DNA from: Bacilli bacterium
Lineage (GTDB): Bacteria; Bacillota_I; Bacilli_A; RFN20; CAG-826
Direction: 5' to 3'
DNA: 64,000 nucleotides
NCBI GenBank assembly: GCA_045628045.1
Contig: JAZQOV010000002.1
Span: forward strand, 96,001-160,000
Below, piece after piece: positions 20,359 through 29,423 of this stretch. The notes below the pieces were generated by a model. It worked only from the letters and a program-made list of their open reading frames with translations. It had not been told where the DNA came from and made no database searches. Positions within the stretch are counted from its first letter, which is position 1; each line of letters opens with the position of its first letter. The position numbers and the translations under genes were made by a program.

Positions 20359-20733
20359 ATGAAAAAAGTCACTGTTAAAGAATTTATTTGGTACGCAGGT
20401 TGTGCGTTAGTTGCTGTCCTTGGTCTTATTGCAATTACCTTTGGTATTGTTGGCTACTATATGCCATCAACTGCAGAAACAGGCAACTTTGTTGAAGTCT
20501 TTGAAAATAAGATTCACTTTGAATTAAGATGGGCTGGATTAATCGCAGTTGCGGCAGCAGTTGTTGTCTTCATTATTTGCTTACTTGTTAATGCAAAGAA
20601 AGCAGACAGAGACGTTGAAAAGAAACTTCGTCGTGAACAAAGAATTGCAGCAAGTGCTAATAGCACAATTGAAGTTAAGAAGGCTGTTGAGGTTATTGAA
20701 GAAGCTCCAGCTGAAGAGCAAAAAGCTCAATAA
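20359..20733 (+). CDS. Hypothetical 2-TM membrane protein
   Basis: Two hydrophobic helices and a charged tail. Confidence 0.7.
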   Translation: MKKVTVKEFIWYAGCALVAVLGLIAITFGIVGYYMPSTAETGNFVEVFENKIHFELRWAGLIAVAAAVVVFIICLLVNAKKADRDVEKKLRREQRIAASANSTIEVKKAVEVIEEAPAEEQKAQ

Positions 20734-20755
20734 TTACTTCGAAAAATTAAAAATC

Positions 20756-20780
20756 AAAAAGTGTCAATTTGGCACTTTTT
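20756..20780 (+). terminator. Terminator or operator palindrome upstream of HTH-ugd
   Basis: AAAAAGTGTCA-ATT-TGGCACTTTTT. Confidence 0.55.
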
Positions 20781-20816
20781 CTTTTACTTGCGAATTACCT
20801 TTGGTATAATTCAGTT

Positions 20817-22076
20817 ATGACCTTAAAAGAAGTTCGCAAGTTAAAACATATAACTCAAGAAGAAGCCGCTTCTATTTTAGAGGTTCCTTTAAGAACATAT
20901 AAAAGATACGAGAATGATCCAAAATATTTTGAATCATATAAATATGAGGCTGCAGTTTTAAAACTTAAAAATTATAAAGGTAAAACAAAGAAAACAAGAA
21001 TTAAAATAAATAAAGATAATCTACTTATTGTAGGCGCGGGATTTGTAGGTTCTGCGTGCGGAGAAGTTTATTCAAAAAGATTTGATATTACTTTTGTGGA
21101 TATTGATGAAAATAAGCTTCAATCTCTTAAGGGCAAATATAAAGTCTCAAATAGTATTGAAAAGATAAAAGAAATCTCAAATGTTTTACTTTGCCTTCCT
21201 ACTGATTATGATGAGGAAACAAAAACATATAAGACAGATGCTATTGAAAGCTCAATTGAGTCAGTTTTAAAAGTTAATCCAAACGCATTAATTATTGTTA
21301 AATCTACAGTTGCTGTTGGATACACAAATTACCTTTCAGAAAAGTTCAATCATCCAATTTATTTTATGCCAGAATTTTTAAGAGAAAAATATGCGGTGGA
21401 AGATGCAAAAAGACCGATTAGGTTACTTGTTGGCGCAGACAAAATAACCGGGAATTTACGAAAATTTTCAGAAAATATCGAGAAATCTCTTGATATTCCA
21501 ATGAGGACAAGTTTTGTTTCAAATAAAGAAGCTGAAGCAATTAAATTATTTTCAAATTCGTATCTTGCAATGCGTGTTTCTTTCTTTAATGAATTAGATC
21601 AATTTGCAATGGAAGAAGGCATGAATTCTAAGGCTATTATTTCCTCACTAGGCTTAGATGATAGAATTGGTGATTCTTACAATAATCCAAGCTACTGTTA
21701 TAGTGGTTATTGTCTTCCAAAAGATGTCAAAGTTCTAGGTGGCCAAACTGTTGGCACTCTTCTTAAAGCTATTGATAAATCAAATGCTGATAGGAAGAGG
21801 TCAATTGTAAACAGCATCATTTTTAAAGCTTATGAATTATCAAAAGATCCTGTTATTGGAGTTTATAAAACAGATTTTTCTAAAGAAAGACACATTGATA
21901 GCCTTTCTGAAATTCATGAACTTTTAAAGAAACATAGAATTAAGACATTACTTTATACTGGCAAAGATGAATCTTTAGAGGAGTTCGCTAATAAATCAAC
22001 TCTCATTATTTGTGAGAAAATGTCAAAAGAACTTCTTGAGTATAAAAATAAAGTATACACACGTAACATAAAATAA
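20817..22076 (+). CDS. ugd: XRE-HTH fused UDP-glucose 6-dehydrogenase
   Basis: N-terminal TQEEAA..L.VPLRTYKRYE HTH; GAGFVG, VKSTV, PEFLRE, EAIKLFSN, GYCLPKD with catalytic Cys; short divergent C-domain. Confidence 0.88.
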   Translation: MTLKEVRKLKHITQEEAASILEVPLRTYKRYENDPKYFESYKYEAAVLKLKNYKGKTKKTRIKINKDNLLIVGAGFVGSACGEVYSKRFDITFVDIDENKLQSLKGKYKVSNSIEKIKEISNVLLCLPTDYDEETKTYKTDAIESSIESVLKVNPNALIIVKSTVAVGYTNYLSEKFNHPIYFMPEFLREKYAVEDAKRPIRLLVGADKITGNLRKFSENIEKSLDIPMRTSFVSNKEAEAIKLFSNSYLAMRVSFFNELDQFAMEEGMNSKAIISSLGLDDRIGDSYNNPSYCYSGYCLPKDVKVLGGQTVGTLLKAIDKSNADRKRSIVNSIIFKAYELSKDPVIGVYKTDFSKERHIDSLSEIHELLKKHRIKTLLYTGKDESLEEFANKSTLIICEKMSKELLEYKNKVYTRNIK

Positions 22077-22167
22077 ATTAATAGTTCGACAAAATGTGCA
22101 ATTCTTGCAGTTTTTCTTTACTTTTTTCTTTAATACTATACTATGTATAACAAAGAGAGGTGCAATT

Positions 22168-23361
22168 ATGACATTAAAAGAAACTCGCAAAAATTGCAAA
22201 TTAACACAAGAAGAAGCCGCAAAAGTAGTCGGAACTTCCTTAAGAACTTATGTTGCTTATGAAAAAGATGAAGCAAAAGCTGATCATTTAAAACTCACAA
22301 GAATGATTGAAATCTTAAATGAATATGCAGCAAAAGATACATCAATCTTAAAAGACAAGGTCTTATTAATTACTGGTGGTACCGGTTCATTTGGCCACGC
22401 TGTAGTTGATAGATTCTTAAATACTGAGATTAAAGAAATCAGAATTCTTTCACGTGATGAAAAGAAACAAGATGATATGAGAAAGGCATACAACAATGAA
22501 AAACTTAAATTCTACATTGGTGATGTCCGTAACTTATCAAGCATTGTAGATGCATTCAAGGGTGTTGACTACGTTTTCTCTGCAGCAGCACTTAAACAAG
22601 TTCCATCATGTGAATTCTATCCAATGGAAGCTGTCAGAACTAATGTTATTGGTTCAGATAACGTTATTACTGCATGTGTTCAAAACCATGTTAAGAAAGC
22701 AATCTTCTTATCAACGGATAAGGCAGCATATCCAATTAACGCTATGGGTATTTCAAAAGCTTTAATGGAAAAGAATGTTGTCGCAAGATCAAGACAACTT
22801 CTCAAAGATGATACTGTTTTATGTTTAACACGTTATGGAAACGTTATGGCCTCACGTGGTTCAGTTATTCCTCTATTCCTTCAACAAATTCATGATGGAA
22901 AACCAATCACAATCACAAATCCAGAAATGACAAGATTTATGATGACACTCGATGATGCTGTCGATTTAGTCCTTTACGCCTTTGAACACGGTGAACAAGG
23001 TGACTTATTCGTCCAAAAGGCTCCTGCTGCCACAATTGAAACACTTGCTAAAGCAGTTATTAATTTAACAGGATCAAAAACTGGTATTTCATATATTGGA
23101 ACACGTCATGGTGAAAAGTTATATGAAACTTTAGTCACTCAAGAAGAAATGTTACGTGCAGAAGACATGGGTAACTTCTTTAGAGTGTGCGCAGATAATA
23201 GAAACCTTAACTACGATAAATACTTTACCAAAGGTAATAAGAAGTTAAATATTGGTGATTCATACACATCACATAACACTGGTAGACTTGATGTTAAAGG
23301 AATGGAAAAACTCCTTAAGAAACTTGAACTTTTTGGTGGACCAGTTAAACAACACGAATAA
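22168..23361 (+). CDS. fnlA: XRE-HTH fused UDP-GlcNAc 4,6-dehydratase/epimerase (FnlA/CapE)
   Basis: HTH TQEEAA..VGTSLRTY..YE; TGGTGSFG, SRDEKKQ, AAALKQVPSCEF, STDKA.YP.NAMG.SK, RYGNVMASRGSV. Confidence 0.92.
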   Translation: MTLKETRKNCKLTQEEAAKVVGTSLRTYVAYEKDEAKADHLKLTRMIEILNEYAAKDTSILKDKVLLITGGTGSFGHAVVDRFLNTEIKEIRILSRDEKKQDDMRKAYNNEKLKFYIGDVRNLSSIVDAFKGVDYVFSAAALKQVPSCEFYPMEAVRTNVIGSDNVITACVQNHVKKAIFLSTDKAAYPINAMGISKALMEKNVVARSRQLLKDDTVLCLTRYGNVMASRGSVIPLFLQQIHDGKPITITNPEMTRFMMTLDDAVDLVLYAFEHGEQGDLFVQKAPAATIETLAKAVINLTGSKTGISYIGTRHGEKLYETLVTQEEMLRAEDMGNFFRVCADNRNLNYDKYFTKGNKKLNIGDSYTSHNTGRLDVKGMEKLLKKLELFGGPVKQHE

Positions 23362-23424
23362 AATTCGAAAATCAAAATACGAAAAATTTGCGTATTAAAA
23401 AATGAAAAAGCGCAAAATAAGATT

Positions 23425-24525
23425 ATGAAAGTTTTAGTTACAGGATCAAATGGTTTTATTGGAAAACACATGACCAAAGCCTTATTAAAGGCTGGTTATG
23501 AGGTTTTCCCATACGATATTGATAAAACAGAAGAAGACTTAGTTAATTATATTAATGAGACTGATTTTGTTGTTCATTTAGCAGGTATTAATCGACCACT
23601 TACTACTGAAGAATTTTATAATGGGAACACTAACTTCACTAAAAAGGTAGTGGATTTAATAAAAGAAAGTGGTCGAAATACTCCTATAATCATGTCTAGC
23701 TCTATTCAAGCAGCATTAGATAATGATTATGGAAAATCTAAAAAGATGGGAGAAGACTTCTTATTTAAGTCTGGACTTCCTGTCTTTGTATTTAGACTTG
23801 CTAATGTATTCGGAAAGTGGTGTAGACCAAACTACAATAGCGCGGCTGCTACATTTATGTATAACATAGCGCACAATCTTCCTATTGAGATTAGAGATAG
23901 AAATTACGTTGTCCATTATAACTATGTCATTGACATTGTTAATACATTCTTAGAATGCATAAAAGGAAACATTAAGCCTTCAAAAGAAGTGTTATCTGTT
24001 TCTCCAGTTCACGATTGTTCACTTGGCACTTTAGCGGACACTCTTACCTACTTTAAAAACACTGTGGAATCAGATGAACACTTACCTCTTATTAAAAATG
24101 AGTTTGAGTTTAAGTTATTTGTCTCTTTCATGGATTATCTTTCTGAGGAAGGCTATTCCTTTAACTTCGCGGAAGATGCACGTGGATCATTTGAAGAAAT
24201 ATATAAATCAAAAAAATATGGTCAAATTTCACTAAATACATCTTTCCCTGGAATCACTAAAGGTGGTCATTATCACACTTACAAAAATGAAATATTCATG
24301 ACCGTTAAAGGTGATTGTGTTACAAGACTTAGAAAGATTGGAACCTCCGAAATACTTGAATATCCTCAACATGGAAAAGATTCAACAAGGGTTAAAATCA
24401 TTCCAGAATACACTCACGATATTAAAAATGTTGGAAGTGAAGAATCAGTTACTATAATGTGGATTTCTGAAGTTTACTCTGATAAGACTCCAGACACATT
24501 TAGAGAAGACGTCGATATTAAATAA
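23425..24525 (+). CDS. fnlB: FnlB/CapF SDR plus cupin (UDP-L-FucNAc pathway)
   Basis: TGSNGFIG, HLAGINRP, YGKSK, NVFGKWCRPNYNS, cupin D.RGSF and KGGHYH. Confidence 0.92.
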   Translation: MKVLVTGSNGFIGKHMTKALLKAGYEVFPYDIDKTEEDLVNYINETDFVVHLAGINRPLTTEEFYNGNTNFTKKVVDLIKESGRNTPIIMSSSIQAALDNDYGKSKKMGEDFLFKSGLPVFVFRLANVFGKWCRPNYNSAAATFMYNIAHNLPIEIRDRNYVVHYNYVIDIVNTFLECIKGNIKPSKEVLSVSPVHDCSLGTLADTLTYFKNTVESDEHLPLIKNEFEFKLFVSFMDYLSEEGYSFNFAEDARGSFEEIYKSKKYGQISLNTSFPGITKGGHYHTYKNEIFMTVKGDCVTRLRKIGTSEILEYPQHGKDSTRVKIIPEYTHDIKNVGSEESVTIMWISEVYSDKTPDTFREDVDIK

Positions 24526-24544
24526 TAAATATAGGAAAAAGATA

Positions 24545-24571
24545 AAAGCACTGGGAATTCCCGGTGTTTTT
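24545..24571 (+). terminator. Terminator after fnlB
   Basis: AAAGCACTGGG-AATT-CCCGGTGTTTT. Confidence 0.65.
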
Positions 24572-24706
24572 CATAATCTTTTGCCTATATTTACATAATT
24601 TTCTCGTATTACAAAATGTGTTGACTCTTCTAAATAATATAGTTGTCCCTAGTAGATAGAGCTCATCTATTAGGAACACTTAATATTAAGAAAGGAAAAT
24701 CAAATT

Positions 24707-24916
24707 ATGTTTGTATTACTTAAACTTATGGGATGCGTAGTATGGATCACTGCAATTATTCTTGCATTTGTCTTTATTGGAAAATCTGTTAGCGCATTTC
24801 GTAATGAAGATACTACTGGTTCAAAAGTAGGATGGATCTTGGCAACAATTGCTAACTTAATAATTGGTGCTGGTATTGGATTACTTTTCTACCAAGTAGC
24901 AGCACTTATTAAGTAG
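24707..24916 (+). CDS. Small 2-TM membrane protein
   Basis: 69 aa, two hydrophobic helices, strong RBS AGAAAGGAAA. Confidence 0.7.
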   Translation: MFVLLKLMGCVVWITAIILAFVFIGKSVSAFRNEDTTGSKVGWILATIANLIIGAGIGLLFYQVAALIK

Positions 24917-24943
24917 TTATAAAACTTTTGGAGGTAAGAAAAT

Positions 24944-25186
24944 ATGAAAACAGCCAGAAGATTTTATAAAGCGATTGCTTGCATTGTGGCTATGTTATTT
25001 ATCGCAACACTAGTGTTATACATAATCTTAATGATTAGGTCATTCACAAGAGGTGTTGATGGACTAACTGCAGGCTTTCTAGTAGTTGGTATTATCGCAT
25101 TACTTATCGTTGTGCCTACACTTGCTAACTTTTTTATGGGAAGAGGCTGCAAGTGCGATAAATACCATCTAAATCAAAAAGAATAA
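24944..25186 (+). CDS. Small 2-TM membrane protein
   Basis: 80 aa, RBS GGAGG, followed by a GGACAC/GTGTCC terminator. Confidence 0.7.
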   Translation: MKTARRFYKAIACIVAMLFIATLVLYIILMIRSFTRGVDGLTAGFLVVGIIALLIVVPTLANFFMGRGCKCDKYHLNQKE

Positions 25187-25365
25187 CTCACCCTCCCGAG
25201 TTTATCTTATGGACACATCCGTGTGTCCTTTTCTTTTGTTTTTGTCGCATTTGTCGCAACAATTTGAAGTATTACTAATACGAAAATTTAATCATGTCGT
25301 ATAAATTGCGACACAAAACAACAGAAAATATTGCAAAATTATGACAAATGCCATAAACTTTAGGC

Positions 25366-26688
25366 ATGGAAAAATTAATATCACAAAGAAAAGACCTTGG
25401 ACTTACTCAAGGCGAAGCCGCAAAGGCACTTGGAGTTTCACTTCGTACATATCAAAGATATGAGAGTGAAGGAACTCTTGATGAAACAAAATTAAATAAG
25501 ATCTGTGCGGATCTAAAAATGAAATGTGGCAAAGTCACATATAAAGGATTTTTAGACAATGGAAAACTCAAACTTTTAATTATTGTTGGAACAAGACCAG
25601 AAATCATTCGTCTTGCTGCAGTAATAAATAAATGTAGAGATTACTTTGATGTCATTTTAGCGCATACAGGTCAAAACTATGATTACAATCTTAATGGTGT
25701 TTTCTTTAAAGACCTTGGAATCAAAGATCCAGATGTTTACTTAAACGCAGTTGGAAAAGATCTTGGGGAAACCATGGGAAATATCATTGCAAGATCATAT
25801 GAGCTTATGGTGGAGATTAAACCAGACGCAGTTTTGGTTCTTGGAGACACAAATTCATGTCTTTCAGTAATTGGAGCAAAACGTCTTCATATTCCAATCT
25901 TCCATATGGAAGCTGGAAATAGATGCAAAGATGAATGTCTTCCAGAAGAAACAAACAGAAGAATTGTTGATATTATCTCTGATGTTAACCTCGCATATTC
26001 TGAGCATGCACGCAGATATCTCGCGGATACAGGACTTCCAAAAGAAAGAACTTATGTTACAGGTTCACCAATGGCGGAAGTTCTCACCAATAACATTAAA
26101 CAAATTGAATCAAGTGATATTTTGACTCGCTTGAATCTAAAAAAAGGAAAATACATTCTTCTTTCCGCACATCGTGAGGAAAATATTGATACAGAGAAAA
26201 ACTTCTTGTCCTTGTTTAACGCTATTAACAAGATGGCAGAGATTTACGATATGCCAATCTTGTATTCATGCCATCCAAGAAGTAAGAAAAGACTTGAATC
26301 ATCAAAGTTTAAACTTGATGAAAGAGTCATCATGCATGAACCACTTGGATTCCATGATTACAATAACTTACAAATGAATGCTTTCTGTGTTGTATCTGAT
26401 TCAGGTACTCTTCCAGAAGAATCAAGCTTCTACGCAAGTATTGGTAAGCCAATTGCGGCAGTTTGTATTAGAACATCCACTGAAAGACCAGAAGCTTTAG
26501 ATGATGCTTGCTTCGTTTTAGCGGGTATTGATGAAAAGAATCTTCTTCAAGCAGTGGAAGTAGCAATCAAAAACAAAGCTGGATGTCATCCAGTAGATAA
26601 TTACGTAGACACGAACGTATCAGACAAAGTTGTTAAGTTAATACAATCTTATGTTGGTGTTGTTAATAAAATGGTGTGGAGAAAATAA
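25366..26688 (+). CDS. fnlC: XRE-HTH fused UDP-sugar 2-epimerase (FnlC/CapG)
   Basis: HTH TQGEAA..LGVSLRTYQRYE; GTRPEIIRL, HTGQNYD, LGDTNS, HMEAGNR, PEETNR, HREEN, SDSG. Confidence 0.92.
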   Translation: MEKLISQRKDLGLTQGEAAKALGVSLRTYQRYESEGTLDETKLNKICADLKMKCGKVTYKGFLDNGKLKLLIIVGTRPEIIRLAAVINKCRDYFDVILAHTGQNYDYNLNGVFFKDLGIKDPDVYLNAVGKDLGETMGNIIARSYELMVEIKPDAVLVLGDTNSCLSVIGAKRLHIPIFHMEAGNRCKDECLPEETNRRIVDIISDVNLAYSEHARRYLADTGLPKERTYVTGSPMAEVLTNNIKQIESSDILTRLNLKKGKYILLSAHREENIDTEKNFLSLFNAINKMAEIYDMPILYSCHPRSKKRLESSKFKLDERVIMHEPLGFHDYNNLQMNAFCVVSDSGTLPEESSFYASIGKPIAAVCIRTSTERPEALDDACFVLAGIDEKNLLQAVEVAIKNKAGCHPVDNYVDTNVSDKVVKLIQSYVGVVNKMVWRK

Positions 26689-26819
26689 TCCACACCTTTT
26701 TTATAATGTTGAAATAGTTTTTTGCCAATAGACCGAATAGGTTGTATTGGTGAATTTTAATAAAACTCTTTCATATTATGAATACATATGCTATCATATG
26801 TTTGCAAAAGGAATCAGTT

Positions 26820-27275
26820 ATGGCATTTAATCAAAGAGAATACACAAACGATTACAACAAAAATACATATAAAATGTATCCTTTTAGGGTGAAGCAAAAC
26901 TCTACCTCAGTTATTGAGAAGCTTAAATCTGTGCCAAGTATGAACGCATATGTTCTCTCACTAATTGAAAATGACATTAATCCAGGTGTATTAACTCTTA
27001 AGATGATAAAAGATCGTATTTTGCCTGTGTTAAATAAGCATAACATTAACGAGGTTTATTTGTTTGGGAGCTATGCTCGTGGAGAAGCAAATAGGGATAG
27101 CGATTTAGATATATATTGTGAAAAAGGTGATATAAAGTCATTCATTGATCAAGAAATGCTTGAAGATGAGCTTAAAAACGCATTAGGGAAGGATGTTGAT
27201 ATTGTTTTTATTGGATCCAAGATGGATGATTTCTTTAAATCACAATTAGAAGGAGATAAAATTAGAATATGTTAA
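26820..27275 (+). CDS. Minimal nucleotidyltransferase antitoxin (MntA-like) with N-terminal extension
   Basis: LFGSYARGE..DSDLDI, VDIV; ACATATG-N4-CATATGT palindrome at 26784-26801 over the promoter. Confidence 0.88.
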   Translation: MAFNQREYTNDYNKNTYKMYPFRVKQNSTSVIEKLKSVPSMNAYVLSLIENDINPGVLTLKMIKDRILPVLNKHNINEVYLFGSYARGEANRDSDLDIYCEKGDIKSFIDQEMLEDELKNALGKDVDIVFIGSKMDDFFKSQLEGDKIRIC

Positions 27276-27613
27276 CAATTAAAGAACAAGGCTTATTGCT
27301 CGGAATAATAAAACACTGTGATAAAATTCTTGAAAAGATTAATAGAATTACAAGAGTTCAATTTGATGAAGACGAGGATGTTATTCAGATTGTCTGCTTT
27401 AATATTTTGCAAATTGGAGAACTTGTAAAACATTTTGATGTTTCTTTCACAAGCAAATTTAATGAAGTCCCATGGAGTTTAATTGCACGCATGAGAGATA
27501 AAGTCGCTCATGGATATGGAACAATTGATATTGATATAGTGTGGGGAACCGCAACAAAAGATATATCTTCTTTAAAAGCCTATTGTGAAAAGATTCTTAA
27601 GGAAAATATATAA
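27269..27613 (+). CDS. HEPN/DUF86 ribonuclease toxin (HepT-like)
   Basis: QIGE, PW..IARMRDKVAHGY (RX4HXY); overlaps the MNT gene. Confidence 0.9.
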   Translation: MLTIKEQGLLLGIIKHCDKILEKINRITRVQFDEDEDVIQIVCFNILQIGELVKHFDVSFTSKFNEVPWSLIARMRDKVAHGYGTIDIDIVWGTATKDISSLKAYCEKILKENI

Positions 27614-27621
27614 TACTTAAT

Positions 27622-27688
27622 AAAAGATAACACCTCTAATCTAAAGCATCGAACGTAATTTATAAGTGAAATACTAGTGTTTTCTTTT
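27622..27688 (+). repeat. Repeat A copy 1
   Basis: AAAGATAACACCT..AAGCATCGAACGTAATTTATAAGTGAAATACTAGTGTTTTCTTTT, a few nt after the HEPN stop. Confidence 0.9.
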
Positions 27689-27690
27689 AT

Positions 27691-27749
27691 CTCTTTTGCA
27701 TATTCTATATGCGAGCGTACTTAAGTAGTGAACTTCATTTGCAAAAGAG
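27691..27749 (+). repeat. Hairpin module C
   Basis: CTCTTTTGCA...GCGAGCGTACTTAAGTAGTGAAC...TGCAAAAGAG; recurs at 39424, 42425, 45970. Confidence 0.85.
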
Positions 27750-27884
27750 CTGCTAGAGGATGATAACACAGTAAAATTGAATTGCATAATAAGTATGATG
27801 TGTTAAAATAGCACTAGAAAATTTGAATAACTAAGTTAAATAAATTTGCAAAATTAAAATGATATATTATTGCAATTAGAGAAA

Positions 27885-28664
27885 ATGAATAGAAAAACAT
27901 TCGAAGGATCAATTACTATTGAACATGAAGGCATAACTTATTATGTTTCAGATCTTTCCTATACAATTTGGGAAGATGATTCTTTTGAATTCGTGTTTAC
28001 TCCTAATTATTTTGTTATTGATTTACTTCCAACAAGCGTTTTTCAAGGAATTCCTGGATTAAATCTTGATGAAAGAAAAGAAAAGTATGTTCGCAAAAAC
28101 ATAATGCCGACATTTATTTCTGAAAGAGTTCCTCAAAAAAATAGGGAAGATTTCTTTGAACTTCTAGAAGAAGCTGGTATGGACTATTTAAATCCAATTG
28201 AATATTTGCTAAAAACAAAAAAACAATATAGCGGTGATCCTCTCAAACTTAAAGAAAAGAACGTTAAAACATTAGTGAACATAAACGAATTAGCAGTTAA
28301 AAACAACACATTTGGATTAACAAAAATAATTTTGGATAATCTCGCTAAAGGAAATGATGTTTTCTATGAGGGATCAATTATTGATAACACTAATAGAAAA
28401 GCATTCTTTAATGTTCTTCATGCTTTATATGTAAAAACTTTAAAGGGAAGAGAAGCTACTAGAAATGCAGGAATAGAAAAAGCAAGACAATCTGGTAAAT
28501 ATAAAGGAAGAAAACCAGTTCAAGTTGATATGGTTTTATTTAATGAATCACTCAAAGATATTTCTAATGGAGTAATTAGTGTTTCAGAAGCATGTAAAAG
28601 ACTTAATATCTCCGTGGATAAATTCTATCGTGTTAGAAAAATAGTTAATAAAGAATCTAAGTAA
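27885..28664 (+). CDS. Hypothetical: HipA-N-like domain plus resolvase-type C-terminal arm/HTH
   Basis: FISERVP..NRE...LL...G; C-terminal AGIEKAR..GKYKGRKP..ACKRLNIS..FYR; no YxRxS catalytic domain. Confidence 0.55.
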   Translation: MNRKTFEGSITIEHEGITYYVSDLSYTIWEDDSFEFVFTPNYFVIDLLPTSVFQGIPGLNLDERKEKYVRKNIMPTFISERVPQKNREDFFELLEEAGMDYLNPIEYLLKTKKQYSGDPLKLKEKNVKTLVNINELAVKNNTFGLTKIILDNLAKGNDVFYEGSIIDNTNRKAFFNVLHALYVKTLKGREATRNAGIEKARQSGKYKGRKPVQVDMVLFNESLKDISNGVISVSEACKRLNISVDKFYRVRKIVNKESK

Positions 28665-28773
28665 AGATAACACCTCTTAAGCATTGAACGTAATTTATAA
28701 GTGAAATGCTAGGTGTTTTCTTTTATTCTTTTCTCATTAGAGAAGCGTATCAAGTTCTTGCAGGTCAAGAAAA
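28663..28773 (+). repeat. Repeat A copy 2 plus module B
   Basis: Starts inside the upstream stop codon; followed by TTTTCT..TAGAGAAGCGTATCAAGTTCTTG..CAAGAAAA. Confidence 0.92.
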
Positions 28774-28826
28774 ACGCAAAATAATAACCATTTGCTAATC
28801 AAAGCAAAGCAAAATGTTAGTTTAAG

Positions 28827-28865
28827 AAGGTAGATGTTGACAATGTACCTTCCGAAACTTACAAT
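28827..28865 (+). promoter_or_regulatory. Sigma-A promoter with overlapping inverted repeat (candidate AbiEi operator)
   Basis: TTGACA-17-TACAAT-6-ATG; AAGGTA.AT...AT.TACCTT spans the -35. Confidence 0.7.
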
Positions 28866-28871
28866 ATAGTC

Positions 28872-29423
28872 ATGATTTACACAACGAAACAACTTCTTAA
28901 AAAACACAAAAACAACACAAGTATTAACAGAATGGAGAAATCCGGAAAACTTTTTAGGGTTGCTCAGGGTGTTTATTCTGACGAACAAACTAATGTTGCG
29001 GATTTAGAAAGCATATTTCTTGTGTATAAAAATGCTATTTTAACTAACGAAAGTGCATTTGCCTTTTATGAATTAACCGACAACATTCCTGAAAAGTACT
29101 CAATAGTAACTCCACTTAAGTCACATAGAATTAGCTTTAAAGGTGTTGAGCAAAGCTATATGCAAGATTCAATTTTAAAAATTGGATTAACTAAAGCAAA
29201 AACAGAGTATGGATATATTAATATATATGACAAAGAAAGATTACTTGTTGAATTGTTTAGACTCCGCAACAAGTTTTCTTATGAGCTTTACAAAGAAGTA
29301 GTGGCAAATTATAGAAAACTTGCTATAGAAAATAAAATAGATTTTCTTAAGGTTTTTAAATATTGCGATAAGTTCGCATATGGCAAGACGATAAGAAAGA
29401 TTATTGAGGAGGTAATCATATGA
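28872..29423 (+). CDS. abiEi: Type IV TA antitoxin AbiEi
   Basis: G.L.RV..GVY, SAF.FYELTD.IP, IYDKERLLVE. Confidence 0.85.
   Translation: MIYTTKQLLKKHKNNTSINRMEKSGKLFRVAQGVYSDEQTNVADLESIFLVYKNAILTNESAFAFYELTDNIPEKYSIVTPLKSHRISFKGVEQSYMQDSILKIGLTKAKTEYGYINIYDKERLLVELFRLRNKFSYELYKEVVANYRKLAIENKIDFLKVFKYCDKFAYGKTIRKIIEEVII

Noticed and set aside
27870-28664. Serine recombinase driving the array or capsule phase variation
   Set aside because: Only the C-terminal arm and HTH resemble resolvases; the catalytic YxRxS domain is absent, and no invertible promoter repeats were seen
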